A DNA stretch of 64,000 nucleotides from Nitrospirota bacterium (GCA_963751455.1 CAVVUN010000001.1:448001-512000), one strand, 5' to 3'. Counted from the first letter of the stretch, positions 40,004-49,563 are shown. A program made the numbers and translations. The notes: generated by a model from the sequence alone, not told the origin.

Positions 40004-40209
40004 CTAGTGTAGTGTCTCACAAACGACTGGTGTTATCAGCAAGGCTAAAGCCTTGCCCTACAAGTTTGGCTGCGGCGTACTGCTGCGCTATGCCGGAACA
40101 GCAGCAACCCTAAAGGGTCGCCCTACAAATTCATCAGCAAATATTTATGCGAAGATAAGTTTTCGATGAAATTATCATAACACCGTCCATTTAAGAGACA
40201 CTACACTAG
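40004..40209. mobile_element. MITE with 15-bp perfect IR including a CTAG target (IS630-like), carrying two GTAG-type REP hairpins
   Basis: CTAGTGTAGTGTCTC / GAGACACTACACTAG; internal hairpins at 40039-40062 and 40104-40127 end in CCCTAC. Confidence 0.75.
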
Positions 40210-40277
40210 CGCAAAGCATAAATTTTCTACGCCATGCGCCATGCGCTATGCCGGCTTACCGTGCGTCATGCGTCTTA

Positions 40278-40613
40278 TCATTTACGGTCTTTACGGCCTA
40301 GCACCTTCGCGAGCAAGTAGGCCAGACCCGCAGCGGCCGCAATGCCGAGAAGTGCGGTAAAAACGTAACCGAAGCTTCTGTGGACAAGGCCCTGCCCCTG
40401 CCCCGGAACTTCATAGCCCTGAAGAGGTGACTTCCATGCATCGGCAAGCTTTCTCATGCCCTCCGGAATGTATCCCGTTATCTTTTTTAACTCCTCGGCG
40501 CTCCACTCACCCCATGCTCCGCCTGCATTAAACAGCGCGGGCAGAATCAGGCCGACTGGCGAAAGAATCGCCAGGATAAGGATCCCTATCCAAAGCTTTT
40601 TCGTTATCTTCAT
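40278..40613 (-). CDS. CbiN/NikN-like (PDGLE-type) membrane component
   Basis: L..LSP.GL, AWGEW..EE, GY.P.G, W.SPL..Y and two TM helices. Confidence 0.8.
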   Translation of the reverse strand: MKITKKLWIGILILAILSPVGLILPALFNAGGAWGEWSAEELKKITGYIPEGMRKLADAWKSPLQGYEVPGQGQGLVHRSFGYVFTALLGIAAAAGLAYLLAKVLGRKDRK

Positions 40614-40616
40614 TTT

Positions 40617-40739
40617 GGACCAAGGCAACCGCCTGCACCCAGCGGTTACGAGTGGCATCGCGAGTGCAGGGTGTGTTGCCGTCCCATTGACCATCTGAAA
40701 TTCATAAACTAAAACGCCGACACGGTCGGCTCGCTCCAT
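40617..40739. repeat. Hairpin repeat element, copy 3
   Basis: GGACCAAGGCAACCGCCTGCACCCAGCGG...GTTGCCGT and AACGCCGACA.GGTCGGCTCGCTCCATA are shared with 35660-35757. Confidence 0.88.
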
Positions 40740-40741
40740 AT

Positions 40742-41410
40742 TTATCCCAGCATCCCGGGCTCATTTTTCTGAATATATCTCAATACAAGCATTGTTACCA
40801 CGGCCTCGACCAAACCGAACAGGACCAGGTGCCCTGCAAGAACAGCGGGCACCGTGACCGAGAGAGGATATGGCGCATACAAGGGCTGCCCCGTCGAAGA
40901 CTTTTCGATCAGGGGCTGTATGCCGAGCTGAACAGCGGTCAAAAGAGCCGACATATTGAGGCTTAGATAGGACGCGACTGCGGCTGAAACCAGCCGTCTT
41001 TTACTCCCGGCATCCGATCCGGCGGCAATCAGTCTATAGATGCCGTATCCGGTCAGGCTTCCGGTAACTGCAATATTGAAGCAATTCGCCCCTATTGCGG
41101 TTATTCCTCCGTCGCCGAAAAGCAGCGCCTGAATGACGATTGCAACGGAAACCGAGATTACTGCGGCCCACGGCCCCAGTAGTATGGCGATGAGAGCGGC
41201 ACCCGTCGCGTGACCGGTGGTTCCTCCGAGCATCGGGAAATTGAACATCATGATCACGAAGCTGAAAGCCGCCCCGAGCGCCAGATACGGCGCCTGCCTG
41301 GCCTTCAGTGTTTTCTGCAATTTGCGGGATGCTGTCACCCAGAACGGAACTGTAAGGATGAACATCGACCCGTATGTTGCCGGTCCGAGATAACCGTCAG
41401 GAATGTGCAC
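40742..41410 (-). CDS. cbiM: ECF S-component CbiM/NikM
   Basis: GTG start gives the MHIPDGYL N-terminus; GGTTGH, QALLFGDGGITAIGAN. Confidence 0.93.
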   Translation of the reverse strand: MHIPDGYLGPATYGSMFILTVPFWVTASRKLQKTLKARQAPYLALGAAFSFVIMMFNFPMLGGTTGHATGAALIAILLGPWAAVISVSVAIVIQALLFGDGGITAIGANCFNIAVTGSLTGYGIYRLIAAGSDAGSKRRLVSAAVASYLSLNMSALLTAVQLGIQPLIEKSSTGQPLYAPYPLSVTVPAVLAGHLVLFGLVEAVVTMLVLRYIQKNEPGMLG

Positions 41411-41425
41411 GTTCAACCTCTCTTA

Positions 41426-41674
41426 GAAGTGTCAGAGTATAAGAGTATCAGCGTGTAGACCTGACAGCGTGTCAATTTACTACGCTTTAACTTTGATGCA
41501 TTCGTAAGAAGTCAGAAAACACCCAATTTCGTCATACCGGCGAACGCCGGTATCTAGTCTTTTCAATAAGTTCGATAACCACTGGACCCCGGTTTTCACC
41601 GGGGAGACGACTTTTTACGAGATCATCAACTTTAACTCTATGATACTATGAATCTATGACACTCTGACACTTTA
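41426..41674. repeat. Inverted 8-mer-repeat element (AGTGTCAG family)
   Basis: agtgtcag agtataag agtatcag versus ctatgata ctatgaat ctatgaca ctctgaca ct. Confidence 0.75.
41494..41628. mobile_element. 135-bp MITE with 20-bp imperfect TIR and 4-bp TSD ACTT, carrying a CGTC-type REP pair
   Basis: TGATGCATTCGTAAGAAGTC / GACTTTTTACGAGATCATCA; internal CGTCATACCGGCGAACGCCGGTAT and CCCCGGTTTTCACCGGGGAGACG. Confidence 0.78.
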
Positions 41675-41686
41675 AGACTCACTGTA

Positions 41687-42106
41687 CTACACCAGTTCTT
41701 TCCCCGTTGTCGTCATGGTCAGTTTCCCGTGTTTTACCCCGCGGGTGCCGATTAGCCTGTCTGCGATCTGCCTGATATCCCCGCTCTTCCCTTTTACGAC
41801 CAGAACCTCCAGGCAATTATGCGCGTCGAGATGGACATGCAGCGCAGAAATGATCTGATGGAAAGCCTTGTGCTGCATATCCGTCAGCGCGTGATCAAGT
41901 TCTCTGGTGTGGTGATTATAGACAATGCTGATGGTGCCCACAGTCTCATGTTCGCCCGACTCCCATTCCTGCTCCACCAGGGTCTCCCGGATTATGTCCC
42001 GGATGGCCTCGGAGCGGGTAGTGTACCCTTTACGCGATATAAGAGCGTCGAATTTCCTGATTAATTGATTGTCGATCGATACACCGAAACGGGTCACACC
42101 CGGCAT
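41687..42106 (-). CDS. nikR: Nickel-responsive regulator NikR
   Basis: [30 protein letters not shown]. Confidence 0.96.
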   Translation of the reverse strand: MPGVTRFGVSIDNQLIRKFDALISRKGYTTRSEAIRDIIRETLVEQEWESGEHETVGTISIVYNHHTRELDHALTDMQHKAFHQIISALHVHLDAHNCLEVLVVKGKSGDIRQIADRLIGTRGVKHGKLTMTTTGKELV

Positions 42107-42117
42107 ATTGCCTCCTC

Positions 42118-42144
42118 GTGCTACGATTTATAAAAAAGTAACAC
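42118..42144. promoter_or_regulatory. Putative NikR operator
   Basis: GTGCTAC-N13-GTAACAC dyad just upstream of nikR; resembles the deltaproteobacterial NikR box. Confidence 0.75.
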
Positions 42145-42306
42145 AGCACTGCCTGCCCTGTCAATCGCATTTTAAATCACTTTGGAATATCTGCACTATG
42201 CATCTGAATTTATAAACCTTGACAAAGTCACAACCGTTTGGTACGATTTCCCTTGAAACTAAAGGATGATCTCAACTTTCCAACCAAAATTTTAGGGAGG
42301 CTTCAC

Positions 42307-43050
42307 ATGAAAAAGTTTTTATTGGCAGCTCTGTTGGTGCTCGTTATGGCAGTACCCGCAATGGCAAAGACGACTATTGAGTTTCCTGCAGGATTCGGTC
42401 AACAAGAGTTTAAAGAATTCAGCGAAAGCTTTGGCATGGCGATGAGCTACTATCCGGTCTCCCCAGCTGCTCCACTGGGAGACACGCTCCCCGGCTTTGA
42501 TGCCGGAGTAGAAGTTTCCTATGTCAAGCTTGATGAGAATGCCGCCTGGTTCAAAGCCATTGATCAGGGGGCCGGAGAGCTTCCGTCCGCACTCGTGTTG
42601 CCGCGAGTCCATATACAGGTAGGTCTTCCGATCATCCCTATTGATATCGGCGTAAGTTATACAAGCGCAGGCGACATCAAGCTTACTGGTTATGAAATCA
42701 AGTATGCGATCTTCGAAGGCGGCGTGGCCATGCCTGCCGTCGCAATTCGTGGAGCCATCACGCAACTGTCCGGCTTGGAAGAACTGGATCTAACAACTAA
42801 GTCGCTTGATATTTCAATCAGCAAGGGCATCCTTATTTTCACCCCGTATGCTGGTGTAGGCCAGGTCTGGATTACGAGCGAGCCCCATCCCAATCCCGCT
42901 TTGGGCCTGACTCTGAAGACGGAAGACATTACCCAGACCAAGGTCTTCGTCGGTTCAAAAATAAAGATCTTCCCCTTCATCAACCTCGTCCTTGAAGGCT
43001 CTTTTGCGAATGAGAATGTGTATTCAGGCAGATTAAACGTCAATTTCTAG
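42307..43050 (+). CDS. Outer-membrane beta-barrel protein
   Basis: Signal peptide, PYAGVG strand, terminal Phe; GGGAGG RBS. Confidence 0.75.
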   Translation: MKKFLLAALLVLVMAVPAMAKTTIEFPAGFGQQEFKEFSESFGMAMSYYPVSPAAPLGDTLPGFDAGVEVSYVKLDENAAWFKAIDQGAGELPSALVLPRVHIQVGLPIIPIDIGVSYTSAGDIKLTGYEIKYAIFEGGVAMPAVAIRGAITQLSGLEELDLTTKSLDISISKGILIFTPYAGVGQVWITSEPHPNPALGLTLKTEDITQTKVFVGSKIKIFPFINLVLEGSFANENVYSGRLNVNF

Positions 43051-43070
43051 CAACTGATGCTCCGGGAATC

Positions 43071-43100
43071 AAAAGCCTCCGGCTTGGGCCGGAGGCTTTT
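43071..43100 (+). terminator. Rho-independent terminator
   Basis: AAAAGCCTCCGGC-TTGG-GCCGGAGGCTTTT. Confidence 0.75.
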
Positions 43101-43120
43101 AATATCGCCTCAAGAGCGCT

Positions 43121-43942
43121 TTGACAACCTCTGCCCCCCATGATATAGTTCCCCTCGTGGAAACCAAACGCGAAACATTGATCCTCAAGGTCTCTGGCAA
43201 TAAAACGGAAGGCATCATCGATGAAGTCGCGTCCGAACTTCCTGTCAGCCTGGTTTTGAACAACGCGCCGCTGGTAACGCTGCTCTGCACTCCTTCCGAG
43301 CTTCAGGAACTGGCAGTCGGGTTTCTGCTCTCCGAAGGCCTGCTCAGCGCACGATCATCTTTGAAGAAACTGGAAGTCATCGAAGAAAAAGCTCTTGTGC
43401 GGATTGAAATACCGGACCTTCCAGCAGACGCCGGCCGGCTTTTTGAGAAGCGGACCATTTCCTCCGGCTGCGGCAAGGGCATCACCTTTACGAGCTTTCG
43501 CGCAACGCCGGACGCAAGAATCTCCGTCAAGGCCCCTCTCGTTTCTCTCGATCAGATCAGGGACCTGCTGAACCGGTTCCGAAACATATCGAAATTGTAT
43601 CTGGAGACCGGCGGCGTCCACAGCGCCGCGCTTTCTGATGGAAAGGACATCCTGTTCTTTTCAGAGGATATCGGAAGGCATAATGCCGTTGACAAGCTGA
43701 TCGGCAAAGCCTTTCTGAATTCCGTCCCGATCGAAAACAAGATCCTGCTCACGAGCGGCAGGGTGACATCGGAGATAGTCACGAAAGCGGGCAGAAACCG
43801 TTTCCCGATGCTCATCAGCCGGGCCGCTCCTTCCTGTATGGCGATCAGCTATGCAGAAGATATGGGAATCACCCTTGTCGGGTTTGCGCGAGGCGACAGG
43901 ATGAACATCTACTCATGGCCGAACCGAATCGCGATGAATTAG
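43121..43942 (+). CDS. fdhD: Formate dehydrogenase accessory sulfurtransferase FdhD
   Basis: LAVGFL.SEG, SGCG, TGGVH.AA, EDIGRHNAVDK.IG, GFARG. Confidence 0.93.
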   Translation: MTTSAPHDIVPLVETKRETLILKVSGNKTEGIIDEVASELPVSLVLNNAPLVTLLCTPSELQELAVGFLLSEGLLSARSSLKKLEVIEEKALVRIEIPDLPADAGRLFEKRTISSGCGKGITFTSFRATPDARISVKAPLVSLDQIRDLLNRFRNISKLYLETGGVHSAALSDGKDILFFSEDIGRHNAVDKLIGKAFLNSVPIENKILLTSGRVTSEIVTKAGRNRFPMLISRAAPSCMAISYAEDMGITLVGFARGDRMNIYSWPNRIAMN

Positions 43943-44010
43943 GCGAAATTACATGATTAACGATACTTGGCCTCAGACCGATGAATCATGAATTCAAAAT
44001 CAAAAGCGGT

Positions 44011-44104
44011 CTCACGCTAAGCCGCCAAGACGCAAAGGAAATCTTTAAATTCTGAATTAAACCCAACGATCTGCTTTTCTTTGCGAACTTTGCGCCTCAG
44101 CGTG
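44011..44104. repeat. Inverted short-repeat element (CGCAAAG family)
   Basis: cacgctaagccgccaagacgcaaag versus ctttgcgaactttgcgcctcagcgtg; the left arm recurs at 61659-61682. Confidence 0.7.
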
Positions 44105-44196
44105 GCCCTCTTCTTGGCCATTGCGCGAAATTGCCTTAGTTTTTGATTTAATAAACTTTTTACGAATGATAAAATCTTAAGTAGGGAGGATTTTCC

Positions 44197-45075
44197 ATGA
44201 TTATTCTGAGAACAGCAAGTCTTCTTTTCGTTGTCGTCGCATTTTCCGGCTGCGTCATGCAGTCCGAGTATGCTGCCCGGATGGCCGAGATCGGAACGTT
44301 GAAAAAAGACGTCTCGACCTTCGAAGAGAATCTTAAAACATCCGAATCCGAAAAGGCGGCGCTCCAGTCCGAACTGACAAAGCTGAAGAAGGATTACGAA
44401 GAGTTGAAGGAGCAGAATAAGTCGCTTGCCGGAGACAACGCGGAATTGAACAACCTGTTGAAGGCCAAAAAAGGCGAATTGAATACCAAGATTTCCGAGC
44501 TCAGGGACCAGATCGCGGACAAAGAGAAGGAGTTGAGCGCAAAAAGCGCCGAGATCCAGGCCTTGAACCAGGAAAAGGAAAAAGCGATCCAGGAGAAGGA
44601 AAAATCCATAGCCGAACTGAAAAAGACGTATACCAGCCTGGTCGGGGAAATGAGCGAAGAGATCAAAAAGGGCGAAATCACGATCACCCAGCTGAAGGAC
44701 AAAATGTCCATTAACATGGTCGAGAAGATCCTGTTTGATTCAGGAAGCGCCGATATAAAGAAGGACGGCAAAAAGGTGATCGACCGCGTTGCCGAGATAC
44801 TTGCAAAAGTCACGGACAAGCAGATACGTGTCGAAGGCTATACCGACAATGTTCCGATCAGCCCCAGGCTCGCCGTCAAGTTCCCGTCCAACTGGGAACT
44901 GTCGACCGCACGCGCCACAACGGTCGCCCGCCATCTTCAGGATAAGGGCATCGAGCCGAAAATCCTGAGCGCTGCCGGGTATTCCGAATTCCGCCCGGTT
45001 GCTCCGAACGATAATGAGGAAGGCAGGGCAAAGAACCGAAGAATTGAGATCAGCCTGGTGCCGAAAGAACTCTAA
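44197..45075 (+). CDS. Coiled-coil OmpA/MotB-domain lipoprotein (paralog of 36445)
   Basis: Lipobox FSGC, long coiled coil, EGYTDN, NWELSTARA, NRRIEI. Confidence 0.88.
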   Translation: MIILRTASLLFVVVAFSGCVMQSEYAARMAEIGTLKKDVSTFEENLKTSESEKAALQSELTKLKKDYEELKEQNKSLAGDNAELNNLLKAKKGELNTKISELRDQIADKEKELSAKSAEIQALNQEKEKAIQEKEKSIAELKKTYTSLVGEMSEEIKKGEITITQLKDKMSINMVEKILFDSGSADIKKDGKKVIDRVAEILAKVTDKQIRVEGYTDNVPISPRLAVKFPSNWELSTARATTVARHLQDKGIEPKILSAAGYSEFRPVAPNDNEEGRAKNRRIEISLVPKEL

Positions 45076-45418
45076 ATTAGAAACGTGAATAGTGAACCTT
45101 AAGTGCCCAATAAAAGAAGGGGGCAACAGACCCCCTCTTTTTTATGCCCGCGTTGCTGATACAACGGATTTGATCTTTTTTGCACATCCACTTTGCGTCC
45201 TTGAACGATATTTATTGACCCGTCTAAGGCGTTCGCTCGCTCGCGCAAACTCGGTCTGCGGCCTCAGACAGTGCGCGTTCACGTCGGGTCATTTCGAGCA
45301 ACACGAGAAATCTTGTGCTGATCAAATAAGTACGAACCTAAGAGTTCTCCCTCTAGTCGAAATGACAAAAACACACTATGAGTCGAAGCATCTTAATTAT
45401 TTCTATAATCGCAATAGA

Positions 45419-47746
45419 TCACTTTCGGGAAGCATACGGAATAAACCATCTAGGGTAAAAAAAATACAGGCCCACCAGAAGACAGCCCGTCAAACTTATA
45501 AAAAGTCCTATGTTGAGAGAACGGGGCTTGAATTTGAAAACCACCGTATGTTCGCCCTTGGGTAAGGATAGTGCCCTGAAGTTGTAATTAGCCCTCAGTA
45601 CTGGTCGCTCTACACCATCTATCCAGGCGCGCCATCCGGGGTAGTACGTATCGCTCAAGACGAGGAAACCGTCGTTTTGTGAAAACGTCTTCACTACAGC
45701 TTCGGTGCTGGCATACTTCTCAAAGCTTGCTGTCCATTCCCCTGCGTTCATGATCTGATTAGTGATTCCGCTGCCGTTGATAATAACCTTTGAAGAAGGA
45801 TCAAATACCGCCAGCTTTTCAAGTGCTTTATTATCGTCCTCCAAGAATTCGGCGTTCGCTACAACATATGCTCTCGGCAAGTAATTGGGATAATAATCGA
45901 AATGATTTTGTCCTTCCGTGTAAATATACTTAACATTGGTAATCTTATATAAATTGTCTATGTTTTTTGAAGAAAGAAATTTGACAAGTTTTTGATGCCT
46001 GCTCAGTTCAAGCGGATCAAAGCCTGAAACAAGAAAAGTTTTGGCAAGCATTGCTCTATTGGATCCTAATTGCCACAGTCCATCTATTCCGTCAGGTATC
46101 GTGTAAATTCTGAAAAGCCCCTGGTTCAGCTCCGAATCATTCAACGCAAGATCCTCCTGAGCGCTTGAACGGACTCCTGCGTGATTTTTTATCTCTGTGA
46201 TTAAGGCTGTTTCTCCTTGGTATACGGATGGCGGCGACTTGGCGGCAACGGTGATTGCGTCGGATAAGTGCAGATATAAATCTACAAAGGTTACAAAAAG
46301 CAAGATAGCTAAATAGATTTTCTTGTCCCGCGGATGAAACAGGGCTAATGCGACGAGGACAGCGGACAAAATAAACATAGAAATAAAGCCGGCAAAACCA
46401 GTCTGCATGTTACTTTTTGCCAATGACGGAATTGATGAATATCCTGCACTGGAACTTATGTCGCTATGAATTCGATATGCCGCTCCGGCTTCTGGAAAAA
46501 CCGGACTGATAAAATAAAGAAGTATGGAAAGTAATAAAAATATTGTCAAATAAATATAAAAAGAAGATTTTTTGACGTTTCCCAGAAGTACGTTGAACCC
46601 GTATGCGGCCGCAAGGGCAGAAAAAAAGGAAAAAAGAAAAGACAGGTGTTGAGGGGAGCGGAAATAATTGAAACCCGGTACATATTCGAACAGCAGACGA
46701 TAAACCGGACCGTTTTGTCCAAGCGACACCAGAAGAAAAAATATTGCCATCATAATAAAATACACGATGTTTCGTTTTTTTCGATCGAAAATTAGTGCAA
46801 GCCCGATTAAGAACAACGGCAACACTCCGATGTAGAGTATGCTCTGAGAAATATCCGCGCCGCCCCAAAAGGGGTCCGTGAGGGCTCCAAAATAATTCGG
46901 CACGATAATAAGGATGAGATCTCTCAAAGACAGTTGCCCGCTCTTTGCGGCGAAATCAAAGGACAGCGTATTGCCGCGTGTGGCTTGAGTGATGAATTCA
47001 TAGGTAGGCAATATTTGGACTGCCGCAATAATAGATCCAACGGCCAGGAAAAGAATCAATGCGGTCGCATGAGTGCGTAAGATAGTCCATTTCCTCTCCG
47101 TCATATACATGGTTGCGGTCCTGTATGCGGTGTGTATAACAACGGCGAATGCCATGCCATGGCTTGTCTGAGGGTGCCCAGCGAGGATTGACAATCCGAA
47201 GAAAAAACCGGCAAAAACAGCGTTTTTTTGTTTTTGTTCCATCAAAGCCTTTTCATAGAATAAAAAAACGAGCGGCAGCCAGGCAAAGACTTCTATCATA
47301 GTCACATGTTGGAAATGACCAATCGTAAACCCGGACAGCATATAAACCATGGCGGACAAAAAACAGGCCCAGCGATTCTGTAGATACTTAGCGCATAATA
47401 GATACATAAACAGGCCGGCAAGGAAGCAGTGTAAAATCAGGCTTAGATGAACGGCATAAGGGGTAAATGCCGTAAACGGAAGAAAAAGTAAGTTTATCGG
47501 ATAAAATAATTGAGACTCTATATTTGCAATAGTGGGAAAGCCATTGAATAGGAAAGGGTTCCAGAGCGGCATGGTCCACTGCCTTAAGGCGTTGCTCACG
47601 CTAAAGAAAAGAGGATAAAAGAAATTTGCGGAATCGAATATCAGCGTGTGTTTGCCCAGCAAAGCATCTTTGAAGAAAAATAGCACGGCAAATAATAAAA
47701 TTAATAAAAAGAGACCGTCTTTGTATTTTTTATTATTACCGTTCAT
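45419..47746 (-). CDS. YfhO-family (GT-C) membrane glycosyltransferase
   Basis: PLWNP..F.G.P, FYP.N, GHPQ, many TM helices, LVLSDTYYPGW.A.IDG..ANY.FRA; AT-rich. Confidence 0.85.
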   Translation of the reverse strand: MNGNNKKYKDGLFLLILLFAVLFFFKDALLGKHTLIFDSANFFYPLFFSVSNALRQWTMPLWNPFLFNGFPTIANIESQLFYPINLLFLPFTAFTPYAVHLSLILHCFLAGLFMYLLCAKYLQNRWACFLSAMVYMLSGFTIGHFQHVTMIEVFAWLPLVFLFYEKALMEQKQKNAVFAGFFFGLSILAGHPQTSHGMAFAVVIHTAYRTATMYMTERKWTILRTHATALILFLAVGSIIAAVQILPTYEFITQATRGNTLSFDFAAKSGQLSLRDLILIIVPNYFGALTDPFWGGADISQSILYIGVLPLFLIGLALIFDRKKRNIVYFIMMAIFFLLVSLGQNGPVYRLLFEYVPGFNYFRSPQHLSFLFSFFSALAAAYGFNVLLGNVKKSSFYIYLTIFLLLSILLYFISPVFPEAGAAYRIHSDISSSAGYSSIPSLAKSNMQTGFAGFISMFILSAVLVALALFHPRDKKIYLAILLFVTFVDLYLHLSDAITVAAKSPPSVYQGETALITEIKNHAGVRSSAQEDLALNDSELNQGLFRIYTIPDGIDGLWQLGSNRAMLAKTFLVSGFDPLELSRHQKLVKFLSSKNIDNLYKITNVKYIYTEGQNHFDYYPNYLPRAYVVANAEFLEDDNKALEKLAVFDPSSKVIINGSGITNQIMNAGEWTASFEKYASTEAVVKTFSQNDGFLVLSDTYYPGWRAWIDGVERPVLRANYNFRALSLPKGEHTVVFKFKPRSLNIGLFISLTGCLLVGLYFFYPRWFIPYASRK

Positions 47747-47869
47747 ACTTATCTCCCTTCAGGGTGGGATTAAGTGAGTGAGGCGAATGACTTGATAAGC
47801 GAATAAGCGGAGAAAATGTGAAGTAAGGCCTAAAAAACGTATACATCGTGAAAAGTTCTACTGTCAATT

Positions 47870-49552
47870 TTATTTCATGAGTTTGTTCAGCGTTATTTCA
47901 AACGCTGCGCACGGCATGCCGATCTGCTTGAGTTCGAGCACTTGGGGGCGGACCTCGCCGATATGGCCGAGCCGGACGTCGCCCGCCATCACCGCTCCGC
48001 ACCTACCCTGCAGAAACAGGGGATGTTCGGCAGGTTCCAGCCTGTATTCTATCCCGAGATAATAGAGTAAAACGTCAAGGAAGGAATGCATTTCCGAAAA
48101 ATTGGCGGTTGGATGCGACACAAGCGCGCCGAGATCGAGGTCTGTCCGGGACCCCATATTTTCCGAAGGATCGAACACCGCTACTTCACCAAGCTCAAAT
48201 ATCCTGTGCGGATAAAAGGCCTTGGAACTGGCGTTCTCAACGTTCAGAAGAGAAGGTATCACGCGGTTCCTGAGAACAGAATATGCAAGCGACATCACGT
48301 TGTCCACTTCAATAAGCTTCTCGCCTGAAGGCATCGCGTACTCAAGCTCTTCCCTCGAACAGAGAATGTTCGACATGATTTCCTGGAACCCGGAGCCTAT
48401 CATATAATCCCGGACAGTATCGGAAAGCAGTTCGATGCGGGACAGGGACCCCACCGTCGACTGCTCCGGCATCACAGGCTCGAAGGAATCGTACCCCCTG
48501 CTGATCGCATAATCCTCCACAAGATCCATCGGGTGCATGATGTCGTCGCGGTAGGCAGGGACTATTATCGTTACCTTGCCGCCCGCACCGCTCACCGTAT
48601 GTCCGTAGGCAGCCAGGTGCTTCTTCACATCTTCAAACGATACCGCCTCCCCGAGCCCGGCGGAAAAGCTTGCAAGGGGAATCCTGAATTTGCCGGACGT
48701 ATCGTATGGGAACGAGATCTTTTTCCCGGCCTCGGTTTCATACGGATAGCTGACGAGAACAGGCTCTATTTCCGCGCCGCGATCATAGAAGCTCGCGGCC
48801 AGGATGTTCAGGGTAAGGACCGTCATACGCAGGTCCGTACCCGTAACCTCGATGAGCACAGCTCTTGTCGCTGGCTTAACTTCGCCGATTTCCCTGCTGT
48901 TGATTATGGGAGGAAAGGAAAGCGCGCGGCCCATGCCGTCCATAAGAACAGGATATTTGGAAAACGGTTTAACGATTCCGCCGTACTCTATCCCCTTCGG
49001 ATGGCGTTCCAGTATCTCGGCAAGCGTTAGCTTCTGATCCATGCCGAGGGGCGTGAAGGAAACAGAAGAGGGCTCGGCAAGCCGGTACTCGACCGGAAAC
49101 ACGATCCGGTTCAGCTCGTAAATCCCGATCGATACGGTGCTCCGTTTTCTTCCGTATATTTCCGCAAGCTTGTCCTGGCTCTGGATCATCTGCGCCAGCA
49201 CGTCCTCATTCATTCGGATATCCTGGGCAGTGCACGCCGCGATATAGGGCCTGACAGCCTTCATTTCCCTGGACACGCGGATTTCGCGGGTCGCCTTCCT
49301 GCCGTGCTCGAAAAACGGATACTCTTCCGGCTTTCCCGCGAGAGACATCCGGATCTGCCTGGCGATTCCCTCGGACGACCAGAGATCGGGCCTGTTGCTG
49401 TCCGACAGCTCGACCTTCATGTCATCTGTCTCGGCGTTGTACTCCTTGAGCTCTGCCTTGGCCAGCATAAGCTTTTTCTCGAGAACGGCTATCGAGAGCT
49501 TCTTGCCGATGAGGGCGTCGAGATCGCGTTTTTTTATATCAATTGTTGGCAT
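47870..49552 (-). CDS. pheT: Phenylalanyl-tRNA synthetase beta subunit, short archaeal/eukaryotic type
   Basis: MPTI, NRPDLWS.EGIAR, VRPYI, SFPPIINS, R.DIMH..D..ED.AI..GY; 560 aa, lacks B2 and B8. Confidence 0.92.
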   Translation of the reverse strand: MPTIDIKKRDLDALIGKKLSIAVLEKKLMLAKAELKEYNAETDDMKVELSDSNRPDLWSSEGIARQIRMSLAGKPEEYPFFEHGRKATREIRVSREMKAVRPYIAACTAQDIRMNEDVLAQMIQSQDKLAEIYGRKRSTVSIGIYELNRIVFPVEYRLAEPSSVSFTPLGMDQKLTLAEILERHPKGIEYGGIVKPFSKYPVLMDGMGRALSFPPIINSREIGEVKPATRAVLIEVTGTDLRMTVLTLNILAASFYDRGAEIEPVLVSYPYETEAGKKISFPYDTSGKFRIPLASFSAGLGEAVSFEDVKKHLAAYGHTVSGAGGKVTIIVPAYRDDIMHPMDLVEDYAISRGYDSFEPVMPEQSTVGSLSRIELLSDTVRDYMIGSGFQEIMSNILCSREELEYAMPSGEKLIEVDNVMSLAYSVLRNRVIPSLLNVENASSKAFYPHRIFELGEVAVFDPSENMGSRTDLDLGALVSHPTANFSEMHSFLDVLLYYLGIEYRLEPAEHPLFLQGRCGAVMAGDVRLGHIGEVRPQVLELKQIGMPCAAFEITLNKLMK

Positions 49553-49563
49553 GTTTTAATTTT

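Noticed and set aside
41411-41686. Cobalamin or NiCo riboswitch ahead of cbiM
   Set aside because: The region is explained by the 8-mer array plus MITE; no B12 box seen.
43071-43100. IS200-type end hairpin
   Set aside because: It sits right after a stop with A/T tails, so a terminator is the simpler reading.
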